In this document: in pieces, positions 34,749-49,038 of the stretch | How positions within the stretch are numbered: the first letter of the stretch is position 1 | Layout: the number at the start of each line of letters is the position of its first letter | Assembly: GCA_030704615.1 (NCBI GenBank) | Contig: CM060733.1 | Coordinates: forward strand, 32,178,001-32,242,000 | DNA from: Takakia lepidozioides | Taxonomy: Eukaryota; Plantae; Bryophyta | Direction of reading: 5' to 3' | Length of the DNA stretch: 64,000 bases | Made by a program: the position numbers and the translations under genes | Notes under the pieces: model-generated | What the model saw: the letters and a program-made list of their open reading frames with translations, nothing else | What the model was told of the DNA's origin: nothing | The model's database searches: none

Positions 34749-37626
34749 AACATGACATGGGAAGGCTATTTCTGCCATGGAGTGCAACAGTCAGTGCTTT
34801 ACTTTCTGTGAGCTGCCCATGGTGATGCACACCATTCATGCAAAACTTAGGCCCTCGGTAGGTATCTGTCTTTGAAGAACTCTGGGGACAAGTCTCCTTG
34901 CAAATTCCAGCTGCGAGAGCTCATAATCTGTACTCATAATCTGCAAATGTCTCCATCTGCGATGACACTTTGATAGGATTGAAATAGTGCTTGTCACCAG
35001 GACCTGCAATGCTGGTGACTTGGCCATGAGAGATTGCCGGTTGCACCATAACGCTGCAATCCTTAGTCAATTTCTGGACCTCTTTCACTGGGAACAGGGT
35101 ACAGCCACATACCTGTATGTGGTGATGCTATGGCATTGTGGCACCCTATTCCTGCTCTAAACTAGTCTCCGACCTTCAGTCGACGCTAGAATTACAGTTT
35201 TAGCATAACATGATGAATTGTAGGGCTTCGCCAGAATTTATGATTTACTGTTTTAGCATAACATGATGAATTGAAAGGCTTGCATTCTGTGTGACTTCAA
35301 TGCTTTGACCGAGAGAGGAAAAAATGCTTCCTCACAGCCATAAAAAGAAAGCAAAACTCATCCTCAAACAATCAGTTTTTTTTATAAAAATAATAATAAA
35401 AGAAATTGATTTTTAGTTTCAGTTTTTTTTAAATAAAAGGGACGGATCTGATAGATGAAAGGGTGGATAAAAAAGGGTGGAAAAAATAACCACAGTGGGG
35501 AGACTTCCCGTGACGTTCTTATGGTCTAATCGATGATGTAATTGCAACATTTCCCATGTATTGAAGACAATGTAAAGCAGACATTTCAAATTTTCCGGGT
35601 GCAAGGTTGACATTATCTTTTTGTCCATTGCGAAATTGATAATGAATTAAGATCTTCATCATCTTTTGAGATGATAAATTAATTTTGATTAAAAAACAAT
35701 TTCATTGCAGTCATATATATTGTATATGGGTTGGTGCACGTTTTGGGGGCTCAAACTTCTGTTCAGAATGTGCTAGACCAAACAATATTTTCCTCACTCA
35801 AGGTCTACAATCCCAATTGTCAAAATCAATGTGTTTTCACTACCTTCAAATCCATTGGCAGTAATTCTGAGCATTTGGAAATATAGTAACCCAAACTCCC
35901 CCCAGTATGCACCTAGTATGTATACTTCCTCTATTCCACATCTACCCAATTGTATACTTTTGAACTTAAAATTCCATAAGTTTCCACCAAACTATGTACA
36001 ATTGGTAAATGTTACTCGATCGTTAATGATCAATACCATTGTACAAGTGGTCGTGGGTGCAAATTATACACAAGGTGTGTATGTTGCATATCACCTATGT
36101 CACAAGTCACAACCCAAATAATAGGAGAAAGGTGAGTCAGCCAATGACTTAATGTCTTGGACATGCTCAAATTCTTGGAAGAGAGGGCACTTGCCGTTAG
36201 CCAAAGAAAAGTCATTAGAAAGTAACCGAAAACACTTGTATTTTGGGGGTGGAATAGTACTACAACATAGGTTTGCTAAAATTAAAATACATCTTCCTCC
36301 TCTGTAGCCAGTTAAAAAAAATGCACTTAATAGTCTTATACTGGGGGATTCTCCCACAGCTCATGGAAGAGTGCATTCAACTCCCACCCTATGTCTATTG
36401 CAAACCTCCTATAATTGTCCTATGCTGAAAAAATGTGGAAAGTCATCTGTGTTGGCAATGCAACATAAGTGACAGTATATCTAATGAAGGAGAGTCATAC
36501 CTTATGAGAAAGTAAAGGGAAAGAAAAAAAAAAAAGGAAAAAAAAAAAAGGGTTTGGATGTCAGGGTCTGGCATGGAGAGGAGCACTAACCATGCACAGC
36601 CAACTTCAGAAACCAAAGAGTGCAAAAATCAACAGCAACCTATCCACAGCATCCTACCTCCACCTAGCCAGGATTTGGCAATTTACTAGCAGCAATCTGA
36701 AATGGAGTAAGCAAAATCATTTTCATGGTGAACACTACGCTGTCACAATTAAAATACTTGCTTGCACCCTGCTTATCAGTCAACCAAAATCACAAATTCA
36801 CCTCTATTATTTTTGCAGCACTTTTGTGACAGATCTACACATCCTAAGAGACAACAATCATAGAAGATTTCACTTGCTTCTTTTTCTGGAAGTGTAGCCT
36901 TACTATCATTTTCTGTAGAAGATACACATCCAAAGAAACAGCAATGACACACTGGTTCCATGCACTTTTTTTCCCAGCACTCTAACCACACTATCTTTCT
37001 CTGTAGATACATTCTCCATCAATGCGAATGTACTTTCAAACACGTGGTGCCTGACTAATATCAGGAACATGCCAGAGTGTGCAAAGGATATGAAAGTAAC
37101 ATAAATGCACAAATGTTTCTGCTTATAAAAAGAACACATACTTGCCATCTCGATCATTTACAGGTTCACCTATCCAAAATAACCTATGCTCCAACTCACT
37201 ATTGACAATTTCCACAACCAGCTTCACGTGATCCAGACTCCGTCCACAGCTACTGAGTGCAAAGACGTCTAAGCCACAGTCTAAACCAATGACGAACAAA
37301 CCAACCAAAAGAGTCAAAGCCATACAGAAGTTACAGGTCTTAGGAAAAAAGGGAGCTGAAAATGTGAAAGCAATATCAACTATTTCATTGTGATGACTGA
37401 ACACTTCACGAACATTCAAATGTACACATGCAACTTCAGGTTGCAAATCTACCAATATCCACCCATACTCTCTCCGAAGGCTACTTGTTAGAATTTCATA
37501 CTAATGAAACATACATCTCTCAATGCTACAACTTTCTACACAATGATACAAAGTGGTGAAAACAACTGCACAAGTGCAACAGCTGCCAGGAAAACTTCAC
37601 TTTAAAACTCTGTAGCCAATCTGCAT

Positions 37627-39081
37627 TTATTGCGCACCAACAGTCTCCAGAGCTGGAGAAGGTCTCGATGCCTGCTCTATTTTCTCAACTGGCACCAAAG
37701 GAATGTAGCCAGCCAGGGGAAAATGTTTATCCTTCAATACAGTTGCGATATGATTGAATTGTTGAGCACCATAAACTGCGGCAGGGGTGGCGAAGTTCAC
37801 AGCCTGGGGAACATATGGAACAGTGAGAAACTTCTGCCAGATATTGTAGGACACTTTCTCAGCTACAGGCTCATACTTCTGGTAGTAATTGACTGCGGTC
37901 CCGTAAACTCCTTGCTTCTGCACATCTGCGACCCACGACCTAGCAGCATCCGGAGCCTGTATCACCACATCATACGCCTGGCAGGACTTCTCTTTCACGA
38001 ACTGAGGAACGACACTTTCAACCAGGTTGATAGTGCTAGTGATGGTGTGATCCACCTGCCAACCAAACGAGGAGACAACGGGTCAAGAACTTCCGCCCAA
38101 CCACATGTTAAAGAAGCAACCAACTGCTTGTGCTAGCCCGCCGTTCGATCCACGTTTGGCTTGTTGTCTCGCCTAAACGACTGAAACTTGACTCCCGCTA
38201 AAGAGCAAATGAAACTCATGACCTATCAGCACCAGTAAAATGGAGTCAGCATTTAGACTTTAGAAAGCATACAAAACTGGTTAGCAGCCGCATCTACAAG
38301 AAACCGTTGATAATCCCTACAACATTCAGCACACAGCTTACCGTGCTGTCGACGTACTGCAGAATTTCAAGAGGCTTCCCCTCAATTTTTTGATACACCG
38401 GTCCCACAACCGTCCTCACGGTGCCTTCAACATTATCAACGCTCGGCTTCAGAGGCCCTGAGCTATCTTTGGCATACGAATAAAGTGTCGCAAGGTATGC
38501 CGTTGCCTGAAGAACAGCTGCATGAAAGAAGCCGAAATACTTGAGATGAGGCGTCTGTGTCTCCTGTCAGATTTCATAAGGATGCCCGATCAGAAAAAAG
38601 ACCACAATTGTAACAATGTCACAACCGATTCAAGAAATCACAACAATAATGGAGAAATAAAGGATACGAACACCACAAATCGAACTTGGGGAAGAACGGG
38701 GAACTAAAATAATCAAACAAACCCTTATCCAGATGCCACTCTAACTCGACACCGAGCCTCTACGTGGATCAGAAAATACAATCGACTACAAAATCAAACT
38801 GCCAACAATAGGCACTAACGTGAAGCATCCAATTCCCCTTAACGATGTCACGATGTTGAGTGAAGAAAATCCTCTCCCAGCTAACCAGCGAGTTTAAGTC
38901 CCATGGAACGTCAACTAATCTACGCGAAGGAGAGTACATAACAAGCAACGACTTCAAAAATCCCGCACGAACCACACCGAACAGCCAAACAAGACGAATG
39001 CTCTCGAATCCAAAGCGGGAGACAGACTAACAGAAGCCATGGCGATCTATCACAAACCTGCGCGCTGGTAGACTCCGCCAT
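37627..39081 (-). CDS. LDAP: Lipid-droplet-associated protein, REF/SRPP family, 3 exons, 224 aa
   Basis: Exons 39081-39058, 38563-38342 and 38055-37627 are in frame. Protein LKYFGF…YSYAKDSSGPLKPSVDNVEGTVRTVVGPVY…YEPVAE…YIPLVPVEKI. Confidence 0.93.
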
Positions 39082-39639
39082 GATGCTTTCGACAATGTAA
39101 TAACAAAACCTTTGAAATATTTAGAACCACGCTCAGCAGGCGCGATCTGACAGTAGGAAAAGAGAATAAGGAGTGGCTCGTAAGTGTCAACCTGAATCTC
39201 GACTATGCGTATATGAGGGTTTACAGCCTGGGAGGAGATCACGAGGACAAGAACAACCGAGGCCACGCGGGACAAACGAACGGTGCTCCGCCTCCGCGCT
39301 CCGCCTTCGGTTGCCGGGAAGACGCTTCCACGCGCTTCCGAGGCTACCTCCGACCCTCCTACGAAGCTTCCCCGATCCTCCAAACCGACCGCTGTGGATT
39401 GTATAAGATTCCTATTTAATTCTTATTTTCCTACTTAATTATTAAATAAAATAAAATAATGATCAATAATTTACTATCCGTTGAGGGGTCCCTCACTGGA
39501 GTGGCCCTTCAAGTAGCAGGGGAAAAAACTTTGATCTATTTGAGGCTCCGTATGACCACGTTATTTGAAACTCGGCTGAACATTCTAGAATTTTCCTCTC
39601 ACGCACAATGTCGAGCCTGAGACCGAGCCGGAGAAAGAT

Positions 39640-40140
39640 CCCAGGCCACGTGTCAATGGGGACACGTGGGCAGAAATCATAGTTGCTGGATGGCAAGTGG
39701 CTCGACAGTAAAGGGCCCACCCGAGTTCGAATTCGGTGAGCGGGTGTGATAATATCCATTTATTGGAAGTGTGAAAGGGATGTGGAAATATTTGCCAGCC
39801 AGAAGATCCGTAGTCACACACGTCGCATAAAAGTCCCTCAGAAGGAGGACAGTACTTTTCCACGCGTCGATCACGCAGACGTGGGACCAGGCAGCTACTG
39901 TGTGTTCAACTAGTGCGTGACACGTGACGTGACACCTGCATGCAGGAAGATGCCGGGAATCTCAGCCGTTTTGGATTAAAAGTTAGAAAACAATTAAATA
40001 AAGAAAAACAGATAGAAAGGCTATTGTTATCCACTACCTAGTTGCAACCACCGCAGTGTTTGTTTTGACTGGATGAACGGTTTGGTAATGACGGATGAAT
40101 TGATGTCCTCGTCAGCAAGATGAGGGGGCAAAGACGTGGC
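39640..40140. promoter_or_regulatory. G-box/ABRE cluster in the divergent LDAP-nitrobindin intergenic region
   Basis: CACGTG at 39647, 39663 and 39921; ACGTGG at 39879 and 40134; CE3-like CACGCGTC at 39861. Confidence 0.6.
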
Positions 40141-40171
40141 CCCTGCTTGAGCGACAGCGAGTGTGAGAGCG

Positions 40172-43100
40172 ATGGAGGGAGGACCTTCGGTGCATCCTGT
40201 GCTGGAACCTCTCCAGTTTCTTCTTGGCACTTGGCGGGGAGAAGGGGAAGGTGGGTTTCCGACCATCCAGTCATTCAAGTATGGGGAAGAGATTAAACTG
40301 TGGCATTCTGGAAAGGTAGGACCCCCCGACCTTCCCCCGACCTTCCTTCCTTCAGCTGAAATTGCCGTTCTTCGTATCCTCATGTAGTTTTCGAACTGCA
40401 CTGAGTGATGCGTGTGCGGAGATCCTTCTTGTCGACCCTTTTTTCTAATGAGAAATATATCTCCAGGAACCCACTGTTAGAGAAGATTTATGCTTTAGAC
40501 GTTGTACCCTTCTGTGGGATGTTGTTGGCCGTCCATACGCGTGCATGCGTCTTACGCATAGTAGGGGTTTATATTTGGAGCAAGGTAGCGCCTTTGGCTG
40601 TTGGCAGCAAAGAATATCGGATTTGCAATTGTATGAGAAACGCAGGGGAAAGTGGGAGAAGTGAATATGAGGTCAATAAAGGCATACAGTATGCATTATT
40701 TTTCAGTGTTCTCTTGGTTGAGTAGAACCGGTAAGTGTGATGTGTTCATGCTTCCACAGCCTTTGAATTGCAGTATTGCAAGGGGAGATCTCTGGCGCAA
40801 CTGATTGCAGCAATGCCAACGTGCTCTTTCCTAATATTAAGCCGATGTAAAGTTCTCCCCATATATCCATTTTGCCAAATTTGATGATTACGACCCAGCT
40901 AGATTGTTTCCAATCTTGCGAATGGGAAACTATTGGATGTGGGATTGTCTCCCGTTGTGGAGAAGTCATATTCCATGGGGTCATTGGTTGCAAGGCTATG
41001 ATATCTTCGTGATGGTAATCCATTGCACTTCTGAGTAGATTGTCTTCCTCCCTTCCCTGCTCAGTTCGTTACGGAGTGACCTGCCACTTTCCCACTAAGT
41101 AAGAAGATGTGTCTGCTACACTGGATTAGGTGGATTATCTTCTCAACTTTGGTCTGGTAATAGCCAGTCTTAACTTAACTGAGGCGGTCCACAGGGTTCA
41201 TGTTCTTGCTGGATGGTTTTGTCAGAAAGCAATGGACTTCAAGTCAAAAGTTGAGGTTTGCCACAAAATTTGATGTTAGTGAGTCTGGCACTGGCAAATT
41301 TTCTGGCCTCATCTATTAGCCTGGTATTGCTCCCTTCATACTTGGAATCAGGTGCTAGGAAACCTACGCATTGTACCAAACCGTCTAACCTCATTCTGGA
41401 ATGTGCATGGCCGATCTTACAGTTCCGGTTTCAGTTGTGAGTAATCAAAGGGTTATGAACTGCATCCTTTCCTCACATTTGTAGGATTATACCTGTCCAC
41501 ATTGAACGTAATGATGCATTCTGTTTAAAGACTCCTATGGCCACATGAGACTAACATAATGGTTCCTTAACTGTAATATTGTTCCCTTATTCATCATCTA
41601 GATTTCCAGGCTTGTAGCATGTGCAATGGATTCTTTGTGACCAATGAAAATCATGGACTTGTCCTAGCTCTTACATAGCCAACAACATCCTTTGCAAGAC
41701 TGGGCTTGAGGCTGCAGATATAGATGTGACAGTGCAGAACCAATACCACCACCAACATTCAGAGGAGTCAGTAAGTCTTGAGGGTATGATTTTGGTATCC
41801 AAAGTGTAAACACTGGAAAATGAATTTGTACGTTCACATCAGTTTGCAGATGACACACACGGCCCAAAACCTTGAAGCTTCTTAGGGGATGGTAACATCT
41901 AGATTGAAAGATGTCAGTTGGGAAGGTGGACCATGAGGTGACGCAAAGAGTAAGACCTGCTCTGGTGATATATCCAAAACCCAAAAATAATCCCGATTCC
42001 CATCAAATCTAAATATTTGGTGCATGGTTGGCTGCAGCCAGTCATGGCATACACACAGAAGACATGGAAGGCTGCATCAGGGGAGCCAATGCACGCGGAG
42101 AGTGGTTACTGGCGGCCAAAGCCTGATGGGTCCGTAGAAGTCGTCATTGCTCAGAGTACTGGTTTGGCAGAAGTCCAGGTCTGCATTCTAAAACCAATAT
42201 TCCGAATTGCAAGCTGGACAATATATGAAAACAGGGTCTTCAAAGAGACTTGTCATCTGATGTCTCTATGCAAAATTACTGATTTAAGTGATTTAAGACT
42301 TGAGTTATGAGTTTATTACAAGGGCTGTGGTCAAGTCATCTCTTTTATAGCCAGTTGCCAAAGCAGGGTTCAACAGGTAGATTGTTCAAGAGTAAGGGGG
42401 CAGAATCTTAATGGAATTTTGTTACTTGTTCGATCTGGATGCCTACAGTACAGTGGACTCTCAGAGCAGTTAGATTAAGAGACAGAAGGCACTGAAGATA
42501 CTTTGACTGCTCTTAGAACCTATCACGTGTTGTGTGCACAGAAAGGGACTTTTGATGCGGCGAAGAAGACTGTGCAGCTTGAAAGCTCTCTTGTGGGAAA
42601 TGCCTCTAAGGTTGGCTTCTCAGCATATGTTGTTAAATTCCCATTATTTTCTGTGCTCTTCACACCCTGAGTGCACTCTCTGCGTATATTGGATTGCTTG
42701 AATCTGCTTACGGAATTTTCAACTCGGGATACTAGATAGAGGAGGAACATGTACCAAACAAGTTGGTGCAGATGTGGAAGTTGTGCATGCATGTGAGGGT
42801 CATGTACTCAGTGAAACTTCTAATGCTACATGATGTGTACCCTAAGTGCCCGTGGGATGTTAATCCTCCTAGCACCAGTTGTGGATTTCCCCCCCTTAGG
42901 GTATGGAAACTTGAGCCAGGATTCCCACAGCACTGGCACAGGCCCCATGCTTCTCTGATCAAGAGTTGATGTGAGGGTTGATATAGACATGGTCCCACAA
43001 GACTCAATTTGATACCAGCACTATGGTTCAAGGCCCCCAGCTTATATGGATGTGGCTGTAATATCACTGTTCATGATAAAGATTGTACTCATAAGACGTT

Positions 43101-44909
43101 GTTTGCCGTAGCCTTGTAGCCATTGACCCCGCGCCCAATTTGAGCGGGAACAAAAGGGACAGAACCTACCTCTGTCAGGGGCTGACGTTGGTAGCAAGAC
43201 TTACCTCCATATATAGAATTAATCCGGGTTTTCCAGATATCCTCTAGAAATCCCTTCACACAAGCATCAATCTGCTGTGTGTGATTTGCCCAAAAACTAG
43301 GCCTCAGGAGGGCCTGGGCTTTTGGCTCAGCCTCGAGACTTTCAAAGTTGGTAAACAGGGGTACAGGCACAATACCCTTAAATTGAAGAGAGCGTCTCTT
43401 TGGTGAGAGAACCCCGGACAGTGTATCAGAAAATGAATACTGTCTTCAGATTGCCCACACAACGGGCAATTGCACTCTCCCTTTCCTCTCTGCTTCTGTT
43501 TGCTGTTCAAAGGTAGGCTTCCTGCCCTGAGTTTAAATTTCAGTCTAGTGCCGAGAGTGGGTAGACCCTTGAGGTCATCCAAGATGTCCTCTCCCATGTC
43601 GCAGACTGGAAACAAGTTCAGGGAAGTTTTCTGCCTAACTTCATTTCATCAGACAATCTCATGGCAACAGACATGGCTGAGGACACTACAGCCTCTAAGT
43701 CAGATTTATCCAGCAGGGTCAAGACTTGCGGATCCAGGTCCGGGTCCTTGAGGATCTCTTCTACTCTCTTCTGCCAGGACTTAGCCTGTTTGACAGGGCG
43801 GTCCTGTTTCCAAGATATAGAGTCGATTAACTTAGGATATCTGGTGTTGGGCATATGTTGCAGCTGACCCCACCATCTGACCTTGAATTCATCTCGTCGG
43901 GAGCTTAAGGACGGAATGCCAAACTCACCCCGAACAGCCACATTGGCTGTTTTGGAGCATGCTGACATACACTCCTTAAGCACCCCCACTTGAATGGATT
44001 CTAGAGACTTAGCCTGGTTGGAGTTATCAACCCATATAGCAGATCCGTACTCCAAGGCAGGTCTAATAACGCGACAAAGCATGGTTTTCTTAACCTCAGA
44101 GTTGACCCCTCTGCAGTGGAAAAATTTAGTGAGCCCCAGAGCTTTGCCCTTGCCAGTTTGAACAACTTTCCGGATATGTGCATCCCAATTACAATTGGAG
44201 GAGAACTCAACGCCCAGGTAAGTGTAGGAAGGGAGGACCGGGATCTCTTGGCTACCCCACTGCCACTTAAGATCACTTCCTCCCTCTCCTCTGTCGTTGA
44301 ATGCTACCATGATAAAGAGAGAGAGACAAGGTGACTCTGCTTAATGGCAGGTGTTTGCATGTGGTACTAGACCTCACTAAGCCAGTTGTGGGGGATTTTG
44401 CCGACCAAGGCAGTGAGAGGTGATCGTTATTGTCATCCACTTAGACCTTAGGCTTTGGGACCCATAGAGTACATGACTCTTTGCAGTTTGGTGACAACCT
44501 GAGTACAGAAATGTCATGGCGTGCTAGCAGCCAGTAATGGTCCTATTTCTGACACAAAGGTCACCACCGACACCCTGTCATCAGAGGCAGGTGGAGGTTT
44601 TCAATGAAGTGCTGCATTAGTATTTACCTAGAAATGTGCCGTAGCCCAGTGATGGGATGTTCAAAATCAAACAGTACCCAATAGTGCCCAGGCTGCCAGT
44701 CAAATTTGAAAAACCTGCTAGGGATATTGTCTGTCTTTGGTTACAGGTTTTGAGTTTCTAACCAAGTGGTACATTGGGTGCAGGTCAAAGGCATTACACG
44801 AGCTTTTGAAGTGGAGGGAGATGAGTTAAGGTACACTGTGAATATGGCAACACATTCACATGAGCTGCATCCCCATCTTCTTGCTACTCTGAAGAAGGTC
44901 ACTGCATAG
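40172..44909 (+). CDS. Nitrobindin (THAP4-like heme beta-barrel, DUF1794), 4 exons, 159 aa
   Basis: Exons 40172-40315, 42038-42178, 42542-42610 and 44784-44909 are in frame. Protein LLGTWRGEGEGGFPTI…YGEE…GKPVMAYTQKTW…PMHAESGYWR…MAT…PHLLATL (heme His). Confidence 0.94.
43083..44307 (-). mobile_element. LINE family 1, young 5'-truncated copy in nitrobindin intron 3
   Basis: Near-identical to copy A over the shared 3' region. TSD CATGATAAAGA at 43072-43082 and 44308-44318, the latter continuing into GAGAGAGA. Confidence 0.95.
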
Positions 44910-46989
44910 CGAATGTTATCTCATCCGACTTCCATTGGTTCTCTGGTAATGTGATAGCAGTGATCACTCAATTCACTTGAATCTCTACTCCTTGTAACTT
45001 GACAAAATAAAAGCATTTGTTTTGCAACACTGCGGCGCCACATTGATGTCCCCTTTCCAGTAGCAAGTGTGTCCTGTTGTTTCTTTTGGTTTCTTGATAG
45101 CAATTTTCGCAAGTTGGGAACTCAATTAGAATCTCATAGCAATTTGTGATGGCTAGATCTTTTAAGGTGGACCAGGGACAACATAGCAAGGCTAGCTTGT
45201 TCAAAGGTTCAGCAGGCACATGGTAGATTTTTGCTTATATAGGATTCAGCTAGTAGTACAGGTCTTACAGACAACAGGAAGTATTGCATTGAATGAATCA
45301 GATCCCTCTTGACTGAATCAGATCCCTCTTGAAGGTGGGTGTGCATCCCCACACTCACTCAAAACCTCTTTAGCTGCCACCCTACACCAGAGTTTCTTTG
45401 TCGTCAGATTTTCCCAGGAATGCCAGTGGCAAAGCCAGGAAGCGATTCCTCCTCTGTGCAAATTATGTAACCATGGAGTATAGCTTCGGCCCGTTAGAGA
45501 ATGGATAAGTTTCATGGCAACATGCCACTGGAAATATTGATGCCTGCATATGGGCAAGAGAACAGATAACAACCATGCCATTGCCAGAGGTTTTTAACTC
45601 TATTTAAGGCTTGAAACATCACTTTGTTGCTCAGAATATAACTCAATTGTGACACTGTTTGGCAGTAGTCATTTCAGAGCTTCTTCCTCCTTTTTCTAAA
45701 AGATAAATAAAGTCTCTGGTCTCTTTCAGGATCTTCTCATCCATGGCATAGTTTGGCACGATGGATCTCTATGCATCTACTAGATCCATCCAAGGTTTTT
45801 GGTAAACCAAGATGGGTTTGTGTGTTTTTCTATTGCATTAGAGTTTTGATCAGGTCGTGTATTGATGCTCAAAGCATTTGCTTACTCTTCTGCTCAGACG
45901 GTGCACTGCCCATGCTCTGGGTTTTGCTTCCCAGTGAGGTAGGTGTCCTAATTGTCTCCTTGATGTTGCACATTGTGGTTTTGATGGGGAAGGGGGATGC
46001 TTCATCACTGTGAGAAATGACATTGGCACAGAAGATCCAGCGCGCACAATAATGTACATGCCACTTCTACATTGTGCTTCTATGGTGTGGGGAGGAGCAT
46101 TTATGTCTGGCAGGAAGGTCTGGAGAGATGATGTAACTTTGCCCCCCATAGTGCTGGCCAAAGACCCCACCATCCGTTTACGCGGTGCAGAAAAGAGTAG
46201 AGGTGGGAGGGAGAGAGAAAGAAAGGAGGAAGGAGCTTTGTAATATTAGTGGTACAAGATCAAAATTATCGAAAAGAGAAAGGAATTATATGACATCCAC
46301 AATGAGCCGAAAGAGCTTATGATACAAAAACACTTAATTTGGAGAAGGTAGACTTAGAGGCCACAAGAGCTCTGGGACCTTAGAAAGGAAGAGAAGGGGG
46401 TAGAGAGGGAAATACTAGAAGCATGTTGCAAGAGCGGTGGGTGAGCTGTTAGTTAAGCAGGGGTTAATAGATATGCCGGTTCCTGTAATAACCTCTTAAA
46501 ACTTCCCCCATGCCCCCAATCATCACCCACTACTGCAAAAGAACCAAACATTTCAGTAGTTGTGAAAGGAAATACCAAACAAAGCAATGCATCGACAAAT
46601 TTCCATGGGTGACACCCATTTAAAAGCATAACACTCAAAGTCAAGTTGTTTCTCTTTCATACATATATACACAAAGATTTGTTCTGGCTCCACCAACCAG
46701 AACAATTTGCTAGTAATTTAGACCCTATGGCACACCTACTGATCTCAGTTAAGCTTCCTGACTCATGGCACTGGAACGTCTTTGTAGCCTGCCTGCTTGG
46801 GCTTATGTTTCAAGGCATCAGCCCCAGGGGTTCCCATGTGAGTCTAGCTACCGCAGACATCCAAAAGTTGAAACATGTGAACGAGCTCCCAATGAATCCA
46901 GTATAGCACAAAGACCACTAGCTATAATTTCAAATCTACCTATCCCCCGGGCCCAGAGGTGAGTTCAAAACAACTCTATTACCACATAC

Positions 46990-47175
46990 TTGAGTCGCGA
47001 GGCCATTAAAGATAGGGTTGTTTGCATGCTTGGAGTAGCAGATGGAGGGTTTGTAGCTAGAGTGGAACAGATGGCGTGTAGCCACAAGCCCATCCCCTCC
47101 ATGTCCACACAAGACCAGAACATTGCTGTGCTCTAGCATTCCATAGACTTCAAAGTTCACACATCAGCTATTGCA
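46990..47175 (-). pseudogene. Orphan exon of an NAD(P)HX epimerase (YjeF_N; PPOX/PDX3-type) gene
   Basis: VLVLCG-HGGDGLVATRHLFHSSYKPSICYSKHANNPIFNGLATQ|GTATG. The conserved GPGNNGGDG motif is partly deleted and no other exons are nearby. Confidence 0.8.
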
Positions 47176-49038
47176 CCTAGACATCATTCTGTATTGAGCC
47201 ATCTGGTTAAGATCCAAGTTCCTAACAATACAAATAACTATCCACTACCAGTTCCTTTTTTATTTCCAAATGCCTCTAGCAATGCAGCCACAGTTTTGAA
47301 TTATTGAGGAAGAGGGCTAGTAGGAAGCAAAAAGATTCTCTTGTAAGAGGATCATCTTTAGCTTGACTGGTTGCGACATGTTAAGGTGGTGGCCTAAGAT
47401 GACAATAAAAGCCTTACTTGGGCAGGCTTGGGATGATCTAAGTTGGAACCCATTGACACTGTAGTGTGTTAAAACTGAAATATTTCACATGCTAAATACT
47501 TGAACAAATTAATAGTGTCCCTTGACTACATATCACAAGTGAAATGGTGTGTAAATCCTTACTGTTGAGCTTTTTTTTTAATGTGCTATAGTGCTGGGTA
47601 GAACTGTAGAACATTGTTTGTTGGCTACAACTCACTTGCATGTTGTGCACATTTCTTCACTCATTTGTTGTTGCTGCAATCTTACTTTTAGTGGATTATC
47701 TGTTCTTGAAGGCAACACATTTTATTCAACTTTGTCATTTGCATTCTGGGTATGTAATGATCTAATGTTTTTGTCTTTTTACATAAAATACGTGATGTTG
47801 CTATCGAAGGATAAGACCAGGTAATAATGCTGTGATGGATCTCTGTTAGCTCATTGCATTAGAAGGTCTATTTCATTTCAACTACTAGTATTATGTCTTA
47901 ATGAGTAGCTTTATCAACAGCAAAGAATTTTGATAAACAGATTACATGATAATTGATTTGCACCTAAATGACATTGTAAGATATTCTTTGAGTTTGTAGA
48001 TAAATAAAGAGGAAGGACTTGCTTACTAATTTTTTACTGTAACAGACATGTTTCATCTCCCCAAAGAAAGGTAATGTGTCACATTGGAACGGAAGTAATG
48101 AGGTAATAATCATTCAAGATGTAAATTAATGATACTTTTTCATTACTACAGTCACTGGTATATGGCTTGATTCTATATAACCAACTGCAACCACATAACA
48201 AGAACTGGAAAACACATTTGTTTAAAGCGAGCAAACAATAACCCATCCCCACTTCTAGTGATGAATCGGTAAGTATTAAAACCATTGAATTGAAAAGCTT
48301 CAACTCTAAAATGGTTGGCTAAGCAGCTCGTATTCAGATTCACTGGGTGAATTAGACATGAGCACCCCATCACCACAGCAAAATTGTCCGTTAGTTGACA
48401 CACGTCATATCTCAGACAGCTTGGAATGATGACAGTTTTCCTGAAATAAGAAAACATGTCTTGCAAAATCTGAACTTCTGGTGAACAGACATTCCAAGAC
48501 AAGCAAACGAAAAAACTGACAAATCTGCAAAATCAACATTGGGAAGAATAAAGACACGCCAACAAGACAAATTAGCCCAAGTGAATGAAACTTGCTATAC
48601 AAAAAAGAAAGCACAAGCCTGTGTGAATGTGCTGTGCTTTATGAAACCCAGGCCAGGCATCACCTGAGATACATAAAGACGTGACAAGAGTTGCTCTTTT
48701 TGAATTTCAATGTGTATGATCTAATCCGAACTGGGTCGTTGGTTTTCCTCTCCTATGGTGAGCTTTGAATCTAGCCCCTGTTGTGTCTATGTTGTGAGAT
48801 TTTTACAGTGATTATCAGCACCCAGTTATTGGGCAGGTTATGTATACAATGATGTAAGGAAGAAAGAAAATGTCCAACCACACCCATGACAAAATTGCTG
48901 ACCACTTCCAGGATGCTTTGCCTGATGGGGGTCCATCCCAGCTCACGAAGAAGGGGGCAGGGGGGGGCGGGGGGGGGCCACGCATTTAAGCCTTCTCAAG
49001 TTCTACCAGAGCACAGTCGTGCCCACCAGTCAGCCTAG

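Noticed and set aside
35193-35273. Short direct duplications (also 45294-45331 and 6106-6130)
   Set aside because: Ordinary slippage repeats with only 2-3 units; not CRISPR-like arrays.
45850-46450. Possible old L1-type LINE 3' remnant
   Set aside because: Only compositional hints; no protein motif could be read with confidence.
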